From an uncultured delta proteobacterium (GTDB taxonomy: Bacteria; Desulfobacterota; Desulfomonilia; UBA1062): a stretch of DNA of 64,000 bases. Numbering within the stretch: the stretch's first letter is position 1; each line of letters begins with the position of its first letter. The stretch covers positions 384,001-448,000 of the forward strand of contig CAWAUM010000005.1 of the NCBI GenBank assembly GCA_963785235.1, written 5' to 3'. Position numbers and translations under genes: made by a program. Shown here piece after piece: positions 9,423-20,486 of the stretch. A model generated the notes under the pieces. It was not told the origin of the DNA and made no database searches. It was given only the letters and a program-made list of their open reading frames with translations.

Positions 9423-10754
9423 GTGAGCGTGGGACTTGTAGAAACGATGGAAAGGGCATGTGCCCTGCTCAGAAAAAAAACAATAAAAGATTTCGAAGTA
9501 TTCGGGATTTTTTCCGACGCTATCCGGGCGGAATCAAAACATGGAGAAGTTGATTTTCTCAACCGTTCATCTGAAAGCGGTATCAGCATACGGGTGCTCA
9601 TGGATGGCGCCATAGGCTTTTCTTATGGGAAAGATGCGGATGATGCACTGATCGATGCAGCAATAACTTCAGCCAGATATCAGTTTAAAGACAAACACAA
9701 CCAGTTTCCAAGCCTTATAGGCGGATATCCGGGTATCGATGCATTTGATCAGAATATAGCCTCACTGAGCCCGGATGATTGCATAATGAGATCCATAGAA
9801 CTGGAACAATCTGCAAGGGAGGCGGATCCGCGTGTGGAGAATATTAGAAAGGCATCATTCTCGCGCTCATCTGCGAATATTCAGATCCTCAATTCCCATG
9901 GCATACAATCATCTTATTCAGTAACATCCATAGCTGCCTCCCTCATGGTCACTGTAAGGCAGGACAGTGATGTGCAGTCAGGCTATGATTTCGACTTCAG
10001 CCATTCATTATCAGGCTTCGATGTCGTCAGAATAGGCAGATCCGCCGTATCACGCGCTGCCCGGATGCTGGGCGCAAGGCAGCTAAAGACTATGAAGATA
10101 CCTGTTCTCTTCGACCGGGACACAACCTCAGAGATGATCGAGTTTATCTCCGATGCCTTTTTAGGGGAGAATGTCATGAAGGGCAAGTCTGCACTTAAGG
10201 AAAAGCTTGGCAAGAAATGTTTCTCTAAATGTATCAAGATATCAGATAATCCCTTGGACACTCGCTCAGCAGATTCCTGCCCCTTTGATGGAGAAGGGGT
10301 TCCTTCACAAGAAACCATTTTGGTCAATGATGGGTCCGTGGTTGCATTTCTCTATGACACTTATTGGGCAACTCTAGCCGGCAAACAGTCTACAGGCAAT
10401 TCAGTGCGGGGCGGATATCGGTCGTGGCCGCAGCTGGGCATACGGCACATATGCCTTGAACCTGGCTTAATACCGATATCCAAGCAACTTGAGGAACTAC
10501 CTCTTGCGCTGAAAGTAACTGACATAATGGGTATGCATACGGCAAATCCCATAACTGGCGAGCTATCTGTTGGTATAAACGGAATCCTCCTGGAAAAAGG
10601 GATTCCGGCTTATCCCGTTCGTGAGGCAGCCTTATCGGGTAACATCTATGATATGTTCACCCGCGTAGTGGCGATTGGGGACGATCCGAGAGGTTTCGGG
10701 CATGTCCTTTGCCCTTCGATCCTTGTGGATACCGTAGACATAAGCTCCCAGTGA
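9423..10754 (+). CDS. pmbA: TldD/PmbA family protein (PmbA)
   Basis: PFDGEGVP, STGNS.RG, GMHTANPITGE.S motifs. Confidence 0.88.
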   Translation: MSVGLVETMERACALLRKKTIKDFEVFGIFSDAIRAESKHGEVDFLNRSSESGISIRVLMDGAIGFSYGKDADDALIDAAITSARYQFKDKHNQFPSLIGGYPGIDAFDQNIASLSPDDCIMRSIELEQSAREADPRVENIRKASFSRSSANIQILNSHGIQSSYSVTSIAASLMVTVRQDSDVQSGYDFDFSHSLSGFDVVRIGRSAVSRAARMLGARQLKTMKIPVLFDRDTTSEMIEFISDAFLGENVMKGKSALKEKLGKKCFSKCIKISDNPLDTRSADSCPFDGEGVPSQETILVNDGSVVAFLYDTYWATLAGKQSTGNSVRGGYRSWPQLGIRHICLEPGLIPISKQLEELPLALKVTDIMGMHTANPITGELSVGINGILLEKGIPAYPVREAALSGNIYDMFTRVVAIGDDPRGFGHVLCPSILVDTVDISSQ

Positions 10755-10862
10755 GATATTTTTCGCGGTATACAATCAAAGATAGCTGTTGAAATGAATT
10801 CCTTGCTATCCTATGTATCTTAACAAGAATAATCCTTTATGACGCAATAGGGACCAACAAAT

Positions 10863-13499
10863 ATGTTAGAATGGCTGATCAAAATATTCGGCAGCAAAAA
10901 TGAACGTGAGCTTAAAAGACTTGCCCCTCTTGTAGAGAAGATAAACTCTCTTGAAGAAGGTATGCGTGCCAAGAGTGATTCCGATCTCAAGGCCATGACG
11001 CCATATCTGAAAGAGAAACTTGATAACGGGGCGAGTCTCGATGATATCCTTCCAGAGGCCTTTGCTGTTGTCCGGGAAGCATCCATCAGAACATTGGGTA
11101 TGAGGCCCTTTGATGTCCAGCTCCTTGGCGGCATAGTCCTTCATGAAGGGAAGATCGCCGAGATGAAGACAGGTGAGGGAAAGACCCTGGTTGCCACCAT
11201 GCCTGTATATCTCAATGCCCTTGCAGGCAAAGGGGTGCATGTTGTCACGGTGAATGACTACCTTGCCCACAGGGATGCTGAATGGATGGGCGCCATCTAC
11301 CGTTTCCTTGGGCTTGAGGTGGGTGTCATAGTCCATGGCCTGGATGATAACCAGCGCAAGAAGAACTATAATGCTGATATCACTTACGGAACCAATAACG
11401 AGTTTGGGTTTGACTACCTGCGCGATAACATGAAGTTTGCCTTTGAAGACTATGTGCAGCGAGACTTTTTCTATTCAATAGTTGATGAGGTAGACTCCAT
11501 CCTCATCGATGAGGCAAGGACCCCGCTCATCATTTCAGGCCCTGCCGAGGAGTCCACATCAAAATACTATGATGCAAACAATGCCATTAAGGACCTGCTC
11601 AAGCAGAAGGATGCAGAAGGTGGGCTCTATGTGAAGGATGAGAAGACCAACAGTGTCGTTCTCACGGAAGAGGGCATTGAGTTCATGCAGAAACGCCTTG
11701 GTAAGGCCAACCTCTATGACCCTGGTGAATTCGAGACCGTTCACCACCTTAATCAGGCCCTCAAGGCACATTTGCTCTTTTCAAGGGATGTGCACTATGT
11801 GGTCAGTGAAGAAGGCGAGGTGGTTATCGTAGATGAGTTCACAGGCAGGCTAATGCCTGGGAGACGCTATTCCGAAGGCCTACATCAGGCGCTGGAGGCT
11901 AAGGAAGGTGTAAAGGTTGCCAATGAGAACCAGACGCTTGCCTCCATAACATTCCAGAACTACTTCCGCATGTATGATAAACTCGCCGGCATGACAGGCA
12001 CGGCCGAGACCGAGGCATTAGAGTTTAAAAACATTTACGGACTTGATGTTATGGTGATTCCTACAAATATGTCCATGATCAGGATAGATAACCCTGATGT
12101 GATTTATAAGTCGGAAAAAGAAAAGTACAATGCCGTTATAAGACAGATTATCGAATGCTATGAAAAGGGCCAGCCGGTTTTGGTAGGAACGAGCTCTATT
12201 GAGAACTCAGAGAAGGTGGCAAACCTCCTCAAACGCAAAGGTACCCCCCATAATATCCTCAATGCCAAGCACCATGAACGTGAGGCTGAAATCATAGCCC
12301 AGGCCGGAAGAAAAGGAGGCGTTACCATAGCAACCAACATGGCAGGCAGGGGTACAGACATAAAACTCGGGGGCAACCCTGAATACTTAACAAGACAGCG
12401 TATCAATCCTGGTGATGATAACTATAAAGAAATATTTAACAAATTTACTTTGCAATGCGAGAAGGAGCATAAGGAAGTAGTCGATGCCGGAGGGCTTTTC
12501 ATCTTGGGAACCGAGCGTCATGAAAGCAGGCGTATTGATAACCAGCTCAGGGGAAGGTCGGGCAGGCAAGGGGACCCTGGTGAATCGCGATTTTACCTCA
12601 GCCTTGAAGACAACCTCATGCGTATATTCGGTTCCGAACGTATTGGCACGATCATGGATAAGCTCGGGGTAAAAGATGACGAGCCCATCGAACATAATCT
12701 CATCAGCAAGAGCATTGAAGGTGCCCAGAAAAAGGTTGAGGGAAGAAACTTTGAAATCCGCAAACATCTTCTTGAATATGACGATGTGATGAATAAACAA
12801 AGAGAGGTAATATACTCAACACGTAGAAGGATACTCTCAGAAGGGAATCTGAAAGACCTTGTAGAAGAGATGATCGGTGAGGTCCTTGAAGAAACCTATG
12901 ATATCTACATACCCAAGAAGGGGGCAGTGTCTGAATGGGACATTGAAGGCTTCACGAACTGGGTGAAGAACATCTTTGACATTACCATAGATCTCACTGT
13001 TGAAAAGGGAACCACTCGTGATCAGCTTCATGAGAAGATAAGTAGTGCCATATTGGAGTATTATAACCTGCGTGAACAGGAGTTTACCCCTGATGTGATG
13101 CGTATGGTGGAAAGGCATTTCCTTTTGTTGACCCTTGATACGCTCTGGAAAGACCATCTCTTGTCCATGGACCACCTTAAGGAAGGGATAGGTCTGCGCG
13201 GATATGGCCAGAAGAATCCCTTGAGGGAGTACCAGAAAGAAGGCTTTGATATGTTTGTTTCCACACTATCACGGGTCAGGGAGCTCTCTTTGGAGAGGGT
13301 CTTCAAGGTCCAGATCCAGCGGCAGGAGGATGTTGAAAAGGTATCACAGAGGGAGCGCCGGCAGCGTATTCAACTGGGCAGGGGGCCTGGTGATAAACCG
13401 CCCACTGTCAAGAGAATAAACAAAAAGGTGGGCAGGAACGACCCATGCCCCTGTGGCTCAGGCAAAAAATATAAGCAATGTTGTGGAATTGAGGCATGA
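10863..13499 (+). CDS. secA: Preprotein translocase subunit SecA
   Basis: [61 protein letters not shown]. Confidence 0.98.
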   Translation: MLEWLIKIFGSKNERELKRLAPLVEKINSLEEGMRAKSDSDLKAMTPYLKEKLDNGASLDDILPEAFAVVREASIRTLGMRPFDVQLLGGIVLHEGKIAEMKTGEGKTLVATMPVYLNALAGKGVHVVTVNDYLAHRDAEWMGAIYRFLGLEVGVIVHGLDDNQRKKNYNADITYGTNNEFGFDYLRDNMKFAFEDYVQRDFFYSIVDEVDSILIDEARTPLIISGPAEESTSKYYDANNAIKDLLKQKDAEGGLYVKDEKTNSVVLTEEGIEFMQKRLGKANLYDPGEFETVHHLNQALKAHLLFSRDVHYVVSEEGEVVIVDEFTGRLMPGRRYSEGLHQALEAKEGVKVANENQTLASITFQNYFRMYDKLAGMTGTAETEALEFKNIYGLDVMVIPTNMSMIRIDNPDVIYKSEKEKYNAVIRQIIECYEKGQPVLVGTSSIENSEKVANLLKRKGTPHNILNAKHHEREAEIIAQAGRKGGVTIATNMAGRGTDIKLGGNPEYLTRQRINPGDDNYKEIFNKFTLQCEKEHKEVVDAGGLFILGTERHESRRIDNQLRGRSGRQGDPGESRFYLSLEDNLMRIFGSERIGTIMDKLGVKDDEPIEHNLISKSIEGAQKKVEGRNFEIRKHLLEYDDVMNKQREVIYSTRRRILSEGNLKDLVEEMIGEVLEETYDIYIPKKGAVSEWDIEGFTNWVKNIFDITIDLTVEKGTTRDQLHEKISSAILEYYNLREQEFTPDVMRMVERHFLLLTLDTLWKDHLLSMDHLKEGIGLRGYGQKNPLREYQKEGFDMFVSTLSRVRELSLERVFKVQIQRQEDVEKVSQRERRQRIQLGRGPGDKPPTVKRINKKVGRNDPCPCGSGKKYKQCCGIEA

Positions 13500-14644
13500 T
13501 TCCCAGGGGATTCAGTTTTTCGGCAGTAAATGTCGGGATTAAAGCACCTGCTTATGAGGGTCTCGACTTAGGGCTCATATCGTGTTCAACCCAGGCTGTC
13601 CTTTCAGGTGTTTTCACACGCAACCTTATTAAGGCAGCGCCCGTTCTGATTGGTATGGATCTGGTCAAGAATGGAACGGCTAGGGCGATAATCGCCAATG
13701 CCGGTAATGCAAATGCATGTACCGGCCAGCAGGGTCTGGATGACGCACATGCGATCCAGGAGGCAGCAGCGAGTCGGCTTGGTGTCATGATTGATGACGT
13801 GATTCCCATGTCCACCGGGACCATCGGTGTTAAGATGCCTGTAGATAGGATTCTCCAGAAGATCCCACAACTTGTGAAGTATTTGTCCTATGATACAGAT
13901 AGTTTTGCCCGTTCCATAATGACCACTGACACCTTTCCTAAAGTTGTTTCCAAGCGGGCAGGGGAGGCTTGCGTGTTAGGTTTTGCAAAAGGGGCAGGTA
14001 TGATTGCGCCTAATATGGCAACAACCCTTGCCGTAGTAATTACTGATGCTATAATTGACAAGCAACAACTTGATATTATTATTAAAAATGCTATTGAACA
14101 GACATTTAATGCTATCACTATTGACGGTGATATGTCTACCAACGATACTCTGATCGCGCTTTCATCAGGACTTGTGCAGGCTGACTTGGAAGAGGTCAGC
14201 CTTGCAATCACCACGGTTATCAGGGAACTTTCCTTGATGATAGTTCATGATGGTGAAGGAGCAACAAAGTTTGTCACCATCATGGTATCAGGGGCAAACA
14301 CCAGTAGCGATGCGCGAACAATAGCCATGGCTGTTGCAAATTCATTATTGGTGAAGACCGCACTGTTTGGTGCCGATCCCAATTGGGGTCGGATAGTTGC
14401 TGCCGTAGGTTATGCAGGCGTGCACATAGACCCAACTAAAATATCTATCCACATCCAGGGGCTTAAGGTGATTGAAAACACAATGGAATCCTCCACGTTC
14501 ACAGAGGAAGACCTTCATCAGGCACTGGCCGAAAAAGAGATAACCATTCAAATCAATGTTGGGAATGGCCCAGGAAGTTTCACGGCATGGACCACGGACC
14601 TGACTTATCGCTATGTTGAAATCAATGCCCAGTACCGGACCTGA
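13496..14644 (+). CDS. argJ: Ornithine acetyltransferase ArgJ
   Basis: [48 protein letters not shown]. Confidence 0.96.
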   Translation: MIPRGFSFSAVNVGIKAPAYEGLDLGLISCSTQAVLSGVFTRNLIKAAPVLIGMDLVKNGTARAIIANAGNANACTGQQGLDDAHAIQEAAASRLGVMIDDVIPMSTGTIGVKMPVDRILQKIPQLVKYLSYDTDSFARSIMTTDTFPKVVSKRAGEACVLGFAKGAGMIAPNMATTLAVVITDAIIDKQQLDIIIKNAIEQTFNAITIDGDMSTNDTLIALSSGLVQADLEEVSLAITTVIRELSLMIVHDGEGATKFVTIMVSGANTSSDARTIAMAVANSLLVKTALFGADPNWGRIVAAVGYAGVHIDPTKISIHIQGLKVIENTMESSTFTEEDLHQALAEKEITIQINVGNGPGSFTAWTTDLTYRYVEINAQYRT

Positions 14645-14694
14645 TTTTTCATAAAGGAACAAGGGACATTCGAGACCGACAACCTAATTGTAAT

Positions 14695-14722
14695 AAAGCC
14701 GATAATATATGTTATGTTAAAT
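14695..14722. other. XerCD dif recombination site
   Basis: AAAGCCGATAA-TATATG-TTATGTTAAAT: 11-6-11 layout; right arm identical to the E. coli XerD arm; left arm ends in ATAA like XerC arms; intergenic. Confidence 0.85.
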
Positions 14723-15236
14723 AAGATATTTGTCAGTTGTCCTTTGCTGATGCTGACCAGTCTCAACGCCAGAACTTCGGCCGGGTGTTAAACATTTTAT
14801 CCTATAATTTATTTCGCACCTTTGTGGTTAAGCCAATATTATAACAAGCCCCCTCTTTCTCGAATTATCCAAAACTCTATTTTGAACAGATCGAATTTTT
14901 ACTCATCATAAACACAAAATTCCTGTTCAATAGCAAAAAACCTCTAAACCGACAAAAAAATGATGGTCTAACTGGTTTTAGGACATAGGAACACCTTGCC
15001 CTCCATCATAAAATGCGATACAGGGCAAATTATGAAGACACTTTGCGAAACCTCATGAATCCATGGTTTGCAGGGTAGATTGCTCTAAGTTTCATCTTAT
15101 TGATATATTCAAATCCTAACTCTCCAATAAACCCATACCATAACTATGGTCTTTGTGATAAATTCATAACTAAAGATATTTTTGTTTGAGAATCCTCAGA
15201 ACTAAAGGCAAAAAGCGCTATTGATGCATAAATTTT

Positions 15237-16418
15237 ATGGAAAAATATGATGTAATTATTGTTGGAGGTGGTCCAGCCGGATCTACCGCTGGATACATCC
15301 TTGGAACCCTTGGGATTCACACCCTACTAATAGATAAAAGTGTGTTTCCGCGGAAAAAACTCTGCGGGGGTGTATTAACACATAAGACGCTCAAGCTCTT
15401 GGACCGGGTGTTTAAAGAAACTGATAAAACCATAGAACATGCTGGTGTCATTAATTATTTAACAAATGGGTATGATATATATTTCAAAGATACCTTGATG
15501 TCCCATGGAACTTCGAAATACCCATTTATATTTGTAGACAGATACGTCTATGATAATTTTCTTCTACAAAAGGTTAAGGATGCCGGAGTCAAGGTAATTG
15601 AAGGTGATAAGGTAAAAAATATTGATCCTGAGCGTAATACTTTAACAACTTCATCAGGGAAGACCTATAATGCACAATTCATCATCGGCGCTGATGGTGT
15701 TCATAGTGTCGTGCGCAGATATCTGCCAAGGCATTATATTCACAATAGAAAATGGGAATATAACCTAGCAACAGCATTAGAAATTACTGTTCCTCGAAAC
15801 GAATTCCAGCAATATATAAAATATCCGATCATTCAATTTGGATATATAGACTGGGGGTATTCTTGGATATTCCCCAACAAGGATGAGATTATTGTAGGAC
15901 TGGGTGGGTTGAACAGAAAAAATAATAAACAAATCAAAAAGATTTGCTATGAATATATCTCTGCTGTAGCTCCCTCTTTTATAAAGAAAAACCACCAGGC
16001 TATAAAGATTTGCGGACATCCGGTGCCAAGCGGAAATTACCTTTCAAAGCCTGTCTATAGAAATGCTATGCTTGTTGGAGACGCTGCCGGGTTCTCTGAC
16101 CCCATATCCGGTGAAGGTATCTACCAGGCACAAAGAAGTGCAGAAATTGCCTCACTGAGTATATACAACTCATTGAAAAATGAGGTATCGCTCGAAAAGA
16201 CATATGTACGGCTCCTTAAAAAACATGTCTTCCCTGATCTCTTCTATGCAAAGATCTTAAGATGGTTTATTTTCAAAGCATTAAATAATCTGAATCTTGG
16301 TCACATTGAACTGTTGATAAAACGTGGTGAAGATAAGGCAATCGATCTTGTCCATGGCTTAAGAACATATAAATTCTTACGAAAAATTGAAGGGATACAT
16401 GATGATGTTGTTGTATAG
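15237..16418 (+). CDS. Geranylgeranyl reductase family FAD-dependent oxidoreductase
   Basis: VGGGPAGS, FPRKKLCGG, IIGADG, GYSWIFP, GDAAGFSDPISGEGI. Confidence 0.88.
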   Translation: MEKYDVIIVGGGPAGSTAGYILGTLGIHTLLIDKSVFPRKKLCGGVLTHKTLKLLDRVFKETDKTIEHAGVINYLTNGYDIYFKDTLMSHGTSKYPFIFVDRYVYDNFLLQKVKDAGVKVIEGDKVKNIDPERNTLTTSSGKTYNAQFIIGADGVHSVVRRYLPRHYIHNRKWEYNLATALEITVPRNEFQQYIKYPIIQFGYIDWGYSWIFPNKDEIIVGLGGLNRKNNKQIKKICYEYISAVAPSFIKKNHQAIKICGHPVPSGNYLSKPVYRNAMLVGDAAGFSDPISGEGIYQAQRSAEIASLSIYNSLKNEVSLEKTYVRLLKKHVFPDLFYAKILRWFIFKALNNLNLGHIELLIKRGEDKAIDLVHGLRTYKFLRKIEGIHDDVVV

Positions 16419-16451
16419 ATCAATAGCCCTTGTTATTCAAGGGGTGCAGGG

Positions 16452-17030
16452 ATGAAGACAATGCAAAGCATACTCTTTGAAAAACCTGGTGATCTGAATA
16501 CCGATGTTTGCATCGATACGGTTAAGCAATATATAAAAGAGCATGGTAAGACCTATGTAGTGGTGGCCTCTACAACCGGAAAAACAGCCCTATCCTTTTA
16601 CAAAAACTTGAAAGAAACATCGGCAAGACTTGTAATTGTTACCCATAGCGTAGGTTTCAAGGAACCTGGCAAAGACGAATTCGATCAAGATTCAAGAAAA
16701 TACCTGGTTGAAAAAGGTGTACCCCTCTATACCGGAACCATACTCACACACTCTCTTGAGAAGTCCCTGATGGATAATTTTCACGGCATTTATCCAGGCT
16801 ATATCATTGCTAATACCCTTCGCAGATTTGGTGAAGGAACTAAAGTTGCAGTCGAAATTGTCATGGAGGCAAGTGACGCCGGTCTTGTACCAGAGGATGC
16901 CGAAGTCCTTGCCGTGGCTGGTACAGGCTATGGTGCAGACACGGTGTTGCTCATCAAGGCCAAACCATCAAAGCGCTTCCTGAACCTGGAGGTACTGGAG
17001 ATAATGGCCAGGCCAAGGGGCAGAAAATAA
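16452..17030 (+). CDS. Stand-alone pyruvate-kinase C-terminal-like (MTH1675-like) protein
   Basis: PG..NT, VVASTTGKTA, VTH, LRRFGEGTKVAVEI, GTGYGADT. Confidence 0.8.
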   Translation: MKTMQSILFEKPGDLNTDVCIDTVKQYIKEHGKTYVVVASTTGKTALSFYKNLKETSARLVIVTHSVGFKEPGKDEFDQDSRKYLVEKGVPLYTGTILTHSLEKSLMDNFHGIYPGYIIANTLRRFGEGTKVAVEIVMEASDAGLVPEDAEVLAVAGTGYGADTVLLIKAKPSKRFLNLEVLEIMARPRGRK

Positions 17031-17063
17031 ATAAGTTATTGCAAAGAACAATGATCAGTGTAA

Positions 17064-17897
17064 ATGAAGATAATGAGAATGAATAAAATTGCATTCATCG
17101 TACTTATGATAACTGTAGTCCTCTTACTCCCTTTATTGGAGAAGACCGTTTCTGCAGCCAACACAGACACCCCTGATAAACATAAAATATCAAGGATTAT
17201 TATTGATCCCGGTCACGGGGGGAAGGATCCTGGGGCTATAGGGCCGGCAGGGGAGAAAGAGAAAAATATTACCCTGGACGTGAGCAAAGAACTTGCAGCA
17301 CGATTGCATGAAGTTGGCTTTGAGATCTTTCTCACACGAAAAGATGACACCTTTATACCCCTTGAAGAACGTACAGCATTTGCAAACAAGAAAAAGGCGG
17401 ATCTTTTTATCTCAGTTCACGTGAATGCAAACGAGAAAGTGTCATTGAGAGGTGTTGAGACATATTTTCTCAATCTGACAACAGATGCCTCCGCCCTCAA
17501 GGTGGCAGACAGGGAAAACGCCATAGCATCCAAGTCAATGAATGCGCTCCAGTTTATCATCAAGGACTTAACGCTTAATGCCAGGATTAATGAATCATCA
17601 CGGTTTGCCTCATCCATACAGAAATCAATTATCTCATCTCTCGGTAAGGCTGGTCATGTGAATAAAGATCATGGCGTAAAGCAGGCGCCATTTTATGTCC
17701 TGATGGGTGCCCAGATGCCTTCCATACTTATCGAGACCGGCTTCATCACCAATGCGACTGAAAGCAAGCTCCTGCAAAAAAAATCTTATCAAAACAGTAT
17801 TGTAAAAGGGATTATCAGCGGGATCAATTTATATGTCTCAAATTCGATCGTTGCCTTTAACAACAGAAACTTATTGAGAGTGAAAGGCCTTAACTAA
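17064..17897 (+). CDS. N-acetylmuramoyl-L-alanine amidase (Amidase_3), exported
   Basis: Signal peptide; IDPGHGGKDPGA, FISVHVNA, PSILIETGF. Confidence 0.92.
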   Translation: MKIMRMNKIAFIVLMITVVLLLPLLEKTVSAANTDTPDKHKISRIIIDPGHGGKDPGAIGPAGEKEKNITLDVSKELAARLHEVGFEIFLTRKDDTFIPLEERTAFANKKKADLFISVHVNANEKVSLRGVETYFLNLTTDASALKVADRENAIASKSMNALQFIIKDLTLNARINESSRFASSIQKSIISSLGKAGHVNKDHGVKQAPFYVLMGAQMPSILIETGFITNATESKLLQKKSYQNSIVKGIISGINLYVSNSIVAFNNRNLLRVKGLN

Positions 17898-17949
17898 ATC
17901 TTCTATCATTTATTTCATAAAGATCAATGCCAAGATATAGGACCATGCT

Positions 17950-18723
17950 ATGCACAGATATAAATCATTAACTTATTATATTTCAGCCTTTATCCTTGTT
18001 TGCTCATTCAGCCTGATTGGGTGGCATTGCGCCCTGGCTGCTGATCAGAAGGTCTTTGCTCTCTGTTATCATTCCTTTCTCGGCAACAAAAGCTTTGCAG
18101 GGGATGTATCCATGCAGGAACTCAGGGGGCAGATGGATTTTCTCAAGGACAAGGGATTTCAATTTGTCTCACTCTCGGACTTTCTCAAAGGTACGGTAAA
18201 AGGATCACATAACATTCTCATCGTCATCGACGATGGAAATGAAAGTGTGTACCGGGCCTATTATGACATATTCAAACCGAGACATATCAAACCTGTTCTC
18301 GCCATCTATCCCGGCATTATCGGAAAGAAGTCCTACGCCCTGACCTGGGAGCAACTCAAAGGGCTTTCACAAGATGGCTGTGACATAGCTTCCCATGGTT
18401 TTTACCACCTGCACCTGAACCAGAATCTTTACGATAAGGACAAGACTGCATTCATCAAGGAGATCAATGGTTCAAAAGAGTTCCTGGAGAAAAAACTGGA
18501 TCTCAAGATCCTTGCCATGGCTTATCCCAACGGCATCCATTCGGAGATCACGAGAAAAACACTGAAAGAGGCAGGCTACAAATGCGCATTTACCATAAAG
18601 TGGGGCGCCCTACTCTCTCCCCTTTCTGCCAACAAAGACCCCTTTGAGCTTCCCCGGTATATGATCTATCAGAATAACTGGGGCATGATCTCCAATTCTC
18701 TCGTAAAAGCAGCGGGCAATTAA
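17950..18723 (+). CDS. Polysaccharide deacetylase (CE4), exported
   Basis: Signal peptide; LCYH, IDDG, ASHGFYH, AYPNG, LPR motifs. Confidence 0.88.
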   Translation: MHRYKSLTYYISAFILVCSFSLIGWHCALAADQKVFALCYHSFLGNKSFAGDVSMQELRGQMDFLKDKGFQFVSLSDFLKGTVKGSHNILIVIDDGNESVYRAYYDIFKPRHIKPVLAIYPGIIGKKSYALTWEQLKGLSQDGCDIASHGFYHLHLNQNLYDKDKTAFIKEINGSKEFLEKKLDLKILAMAYPNGIHSEITRKTLKEAGYKCAFTIKWGALLSPLSANKDPFELPRYMIYQNNWGMISNSLVKAAGN

Positions 18724-18811
18724 ATTCTTCTGTTTCCACTCCAGAGTTGCTCGAATCTTATCAGCCAAGGCTTTCAAAGAAAACGGGGTTTGCATGGTCA
18801 GATCCCTATTG

Positions 18812-19390
18812 TTAGTCATTATCACTGACAAGTTTTTGCCCTAATTCTTCCGCCTTTATCATCAAGGCCTTGTTTGCCTCGATTTCGCCTGCCCCCATGG
18901 CGCTACCATAAACCATGCCCACAATGCTTGCCCCAACGAAACCGAATGAATCCTGGAATGTCCTGAGCGCATTGACGCATCCAGAGTCAAAAGGGTCTTC
19001 CCCGCCATAACTCATTGCAATGGCGATCCGTTTTCCTGAAAACGGGTCAATTCCATGCGCGGGCAATGCAAAACACCTGTCCATCCAGATCTTGGTCTGG
19101 GCAGACATGTTAAACCAGTACACAGGGCTGGCAACAACCCAGGCATGAGCCCCTAACATGTTATTATAGAGTTTCTGCATGTCATCTTTGATAGAACAGC
19201 CCTTGCTGCCGGGTTTCTGACAGGCATAGCAGGATTTGCACGGGGATATATTCAGGCCATGGAGAAAGACTGTCTCAACCTTTGCACCTGCTGATCTGGC
19301 GCCCTTGGCTATCTGCTCAGCCAGTAATGCACTGTTTCCCTTTTTCCGTGGACTGCCTAAAATCACCAGGACCTTCTTCTTATCCGTCAT
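18812..19390 (-). CDS. Iron-sulfur flavoprotein / multimeric flavodoxin family
   Basis: GSPRKKGNS, CKSCYAC..C, ASPVYW, KIWMDR. Confidence 0.9.
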   Translation of the reverse strand: MTDKKKVLVILGSPRKKGNSALLAEQIAKGARSAGAKVETVFLHGLNISPCKSCYACQKPGSKGCSIKDDMQKLYNNMLGAHAWVVASPVYWFNMSAQTKIWMDRCFALPAHGIDPFSGKRIAIAMSYGGEDPFDSGCVNALRTFQDSFGFVGASIVGMVYGSAMGAGEIEANKALMIKAEELGQKLVSDND

Positions 19391-19480
19391 GATGGTTCTC
19401 CTTAAGAAATAATTACCCAAGAAATAGTTATCTGCTTTTATCAGGGCTGAATCAGGGCACTCATTTTCTCTTTATCCTTA

Positions 19481-19882
19481 CTATTTCTTATCTTTCAACA
19501 TGCTAGCCAGTTTTGCAAAAGGATTATGGGTCATGGTATCAGTCTGATCTTGCAATTGTTCCGTTCCATCACCATCGTTGTCATACCTCCCATGCTCATT
19601 GTCATGGCAGTACACACACAGGTTCTCCCAGTTGCTGCCGTCAGACGGGTTGTTGTCATGGTTGTGGTCCTTGTGGTGTACAGTGAGCATGTTCAGGTTC
19701 TTGATGGTAAAGTGCCTGCCGCAGCGGGCACATACCCATGGATGAATCTTCAAGGACTGTTCGCGGTAGCCCTTCAAGCGCTCGGCATTGAGCCGACGGG
19801 CCTTAGCCACGAACTGATCCATCTCCTCTTTTGTTAACTTGGTTGCTCCTGTCTTGCCGGGCTTTGAGCTTTTGAAATCCAT
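19481..19882 (-). CDS. yajD: YajD family HNH nuclease
   Basis: YREQSLKIHPWVCARCGR, LTVHHKDHNHDNNP.DGSNWENLCVYCHDNEH, THNPFA. Confidence 0.92.
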   Translation of the reverse strand: MDFKSSKPGKTGATKLTKEEMDQFVAKARRLNAERLKGYREQSLKIHPWVCARCGRHFTIKNLNMLTVHHKDHNHDNNPSDGSNWENLCVYCHDNEHGRYDNDGDGTEQLQDQTDTMTHNPFAKLASMLKDKK

Positions 19883-19936
19883 GTTCAAATCTCCCAAAAA
19901 AGTCTGTTCATTTATAGAAAAAGACCAATAATATTT

Positions 19937-20338
19937 CTAAGTCTTCGATGCAGTTACATGATAACCGATCTTCTTGTCTTCCTCTACGGTATGACGAGCA
20001 AACCAACCCTCCAGAAATCGGATTACGTCGTCAATGGTACCTTTATCATTCAGAAAGTTCTGCATGCGTTTTGAATATTCATCCAACAGAGCTGCATGTG
20101 CCTGCTGCTGACGCTCAATTTCAGGATATTTGGTCAGAAACATGATGTTTTCTTCACTCGCAAAATGGTATTCTATGTATTTACCGAGCTCGGTCAATAA
20201 ACGCACGGCAATTGCCTTCTTGTTGCCATATTCTTGAACGATGTTGAGGCGGTTGATCAGTTTTACAAAATCTTTATGTTGACTGTCGATTTCTTCTATA
20301 TCAGTAAAATATTCATCTTTCCATTCGATCTGATGCAT
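19937..20338 (-). CDS. Bacteriohemerythrin
   Basis: W.....T.IEEIDSQH, HFASEE, W..RH...ED motifs. Confidence 0.9.
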   Translation of the reverse strand: MHQIEWKDEYFTDIEEIDSQHKDFVKLINRLNIVQEYGNKKAIAVRLLTELGKYIEYHFASEENIMFLTKYPEIERQQQAHAALLDEYSKRMQNFLNDKGTIDDVIRFLEGWFARHTVEEDKKIGYHVTASKT

Positions 20339-20486
20339 ATTTCCACCTCCCGTCCTATGCATCATAGTGCATATTCCTCATGGACCTGGCAAGGGGTCAA
20401 ATGAAGATATAAATCATCTACGGTCCATACTTCAATGAGGAGGGGTTGATAGAGAAACCGCTCTTTCTCTTGAGCAGTGCTTATGG

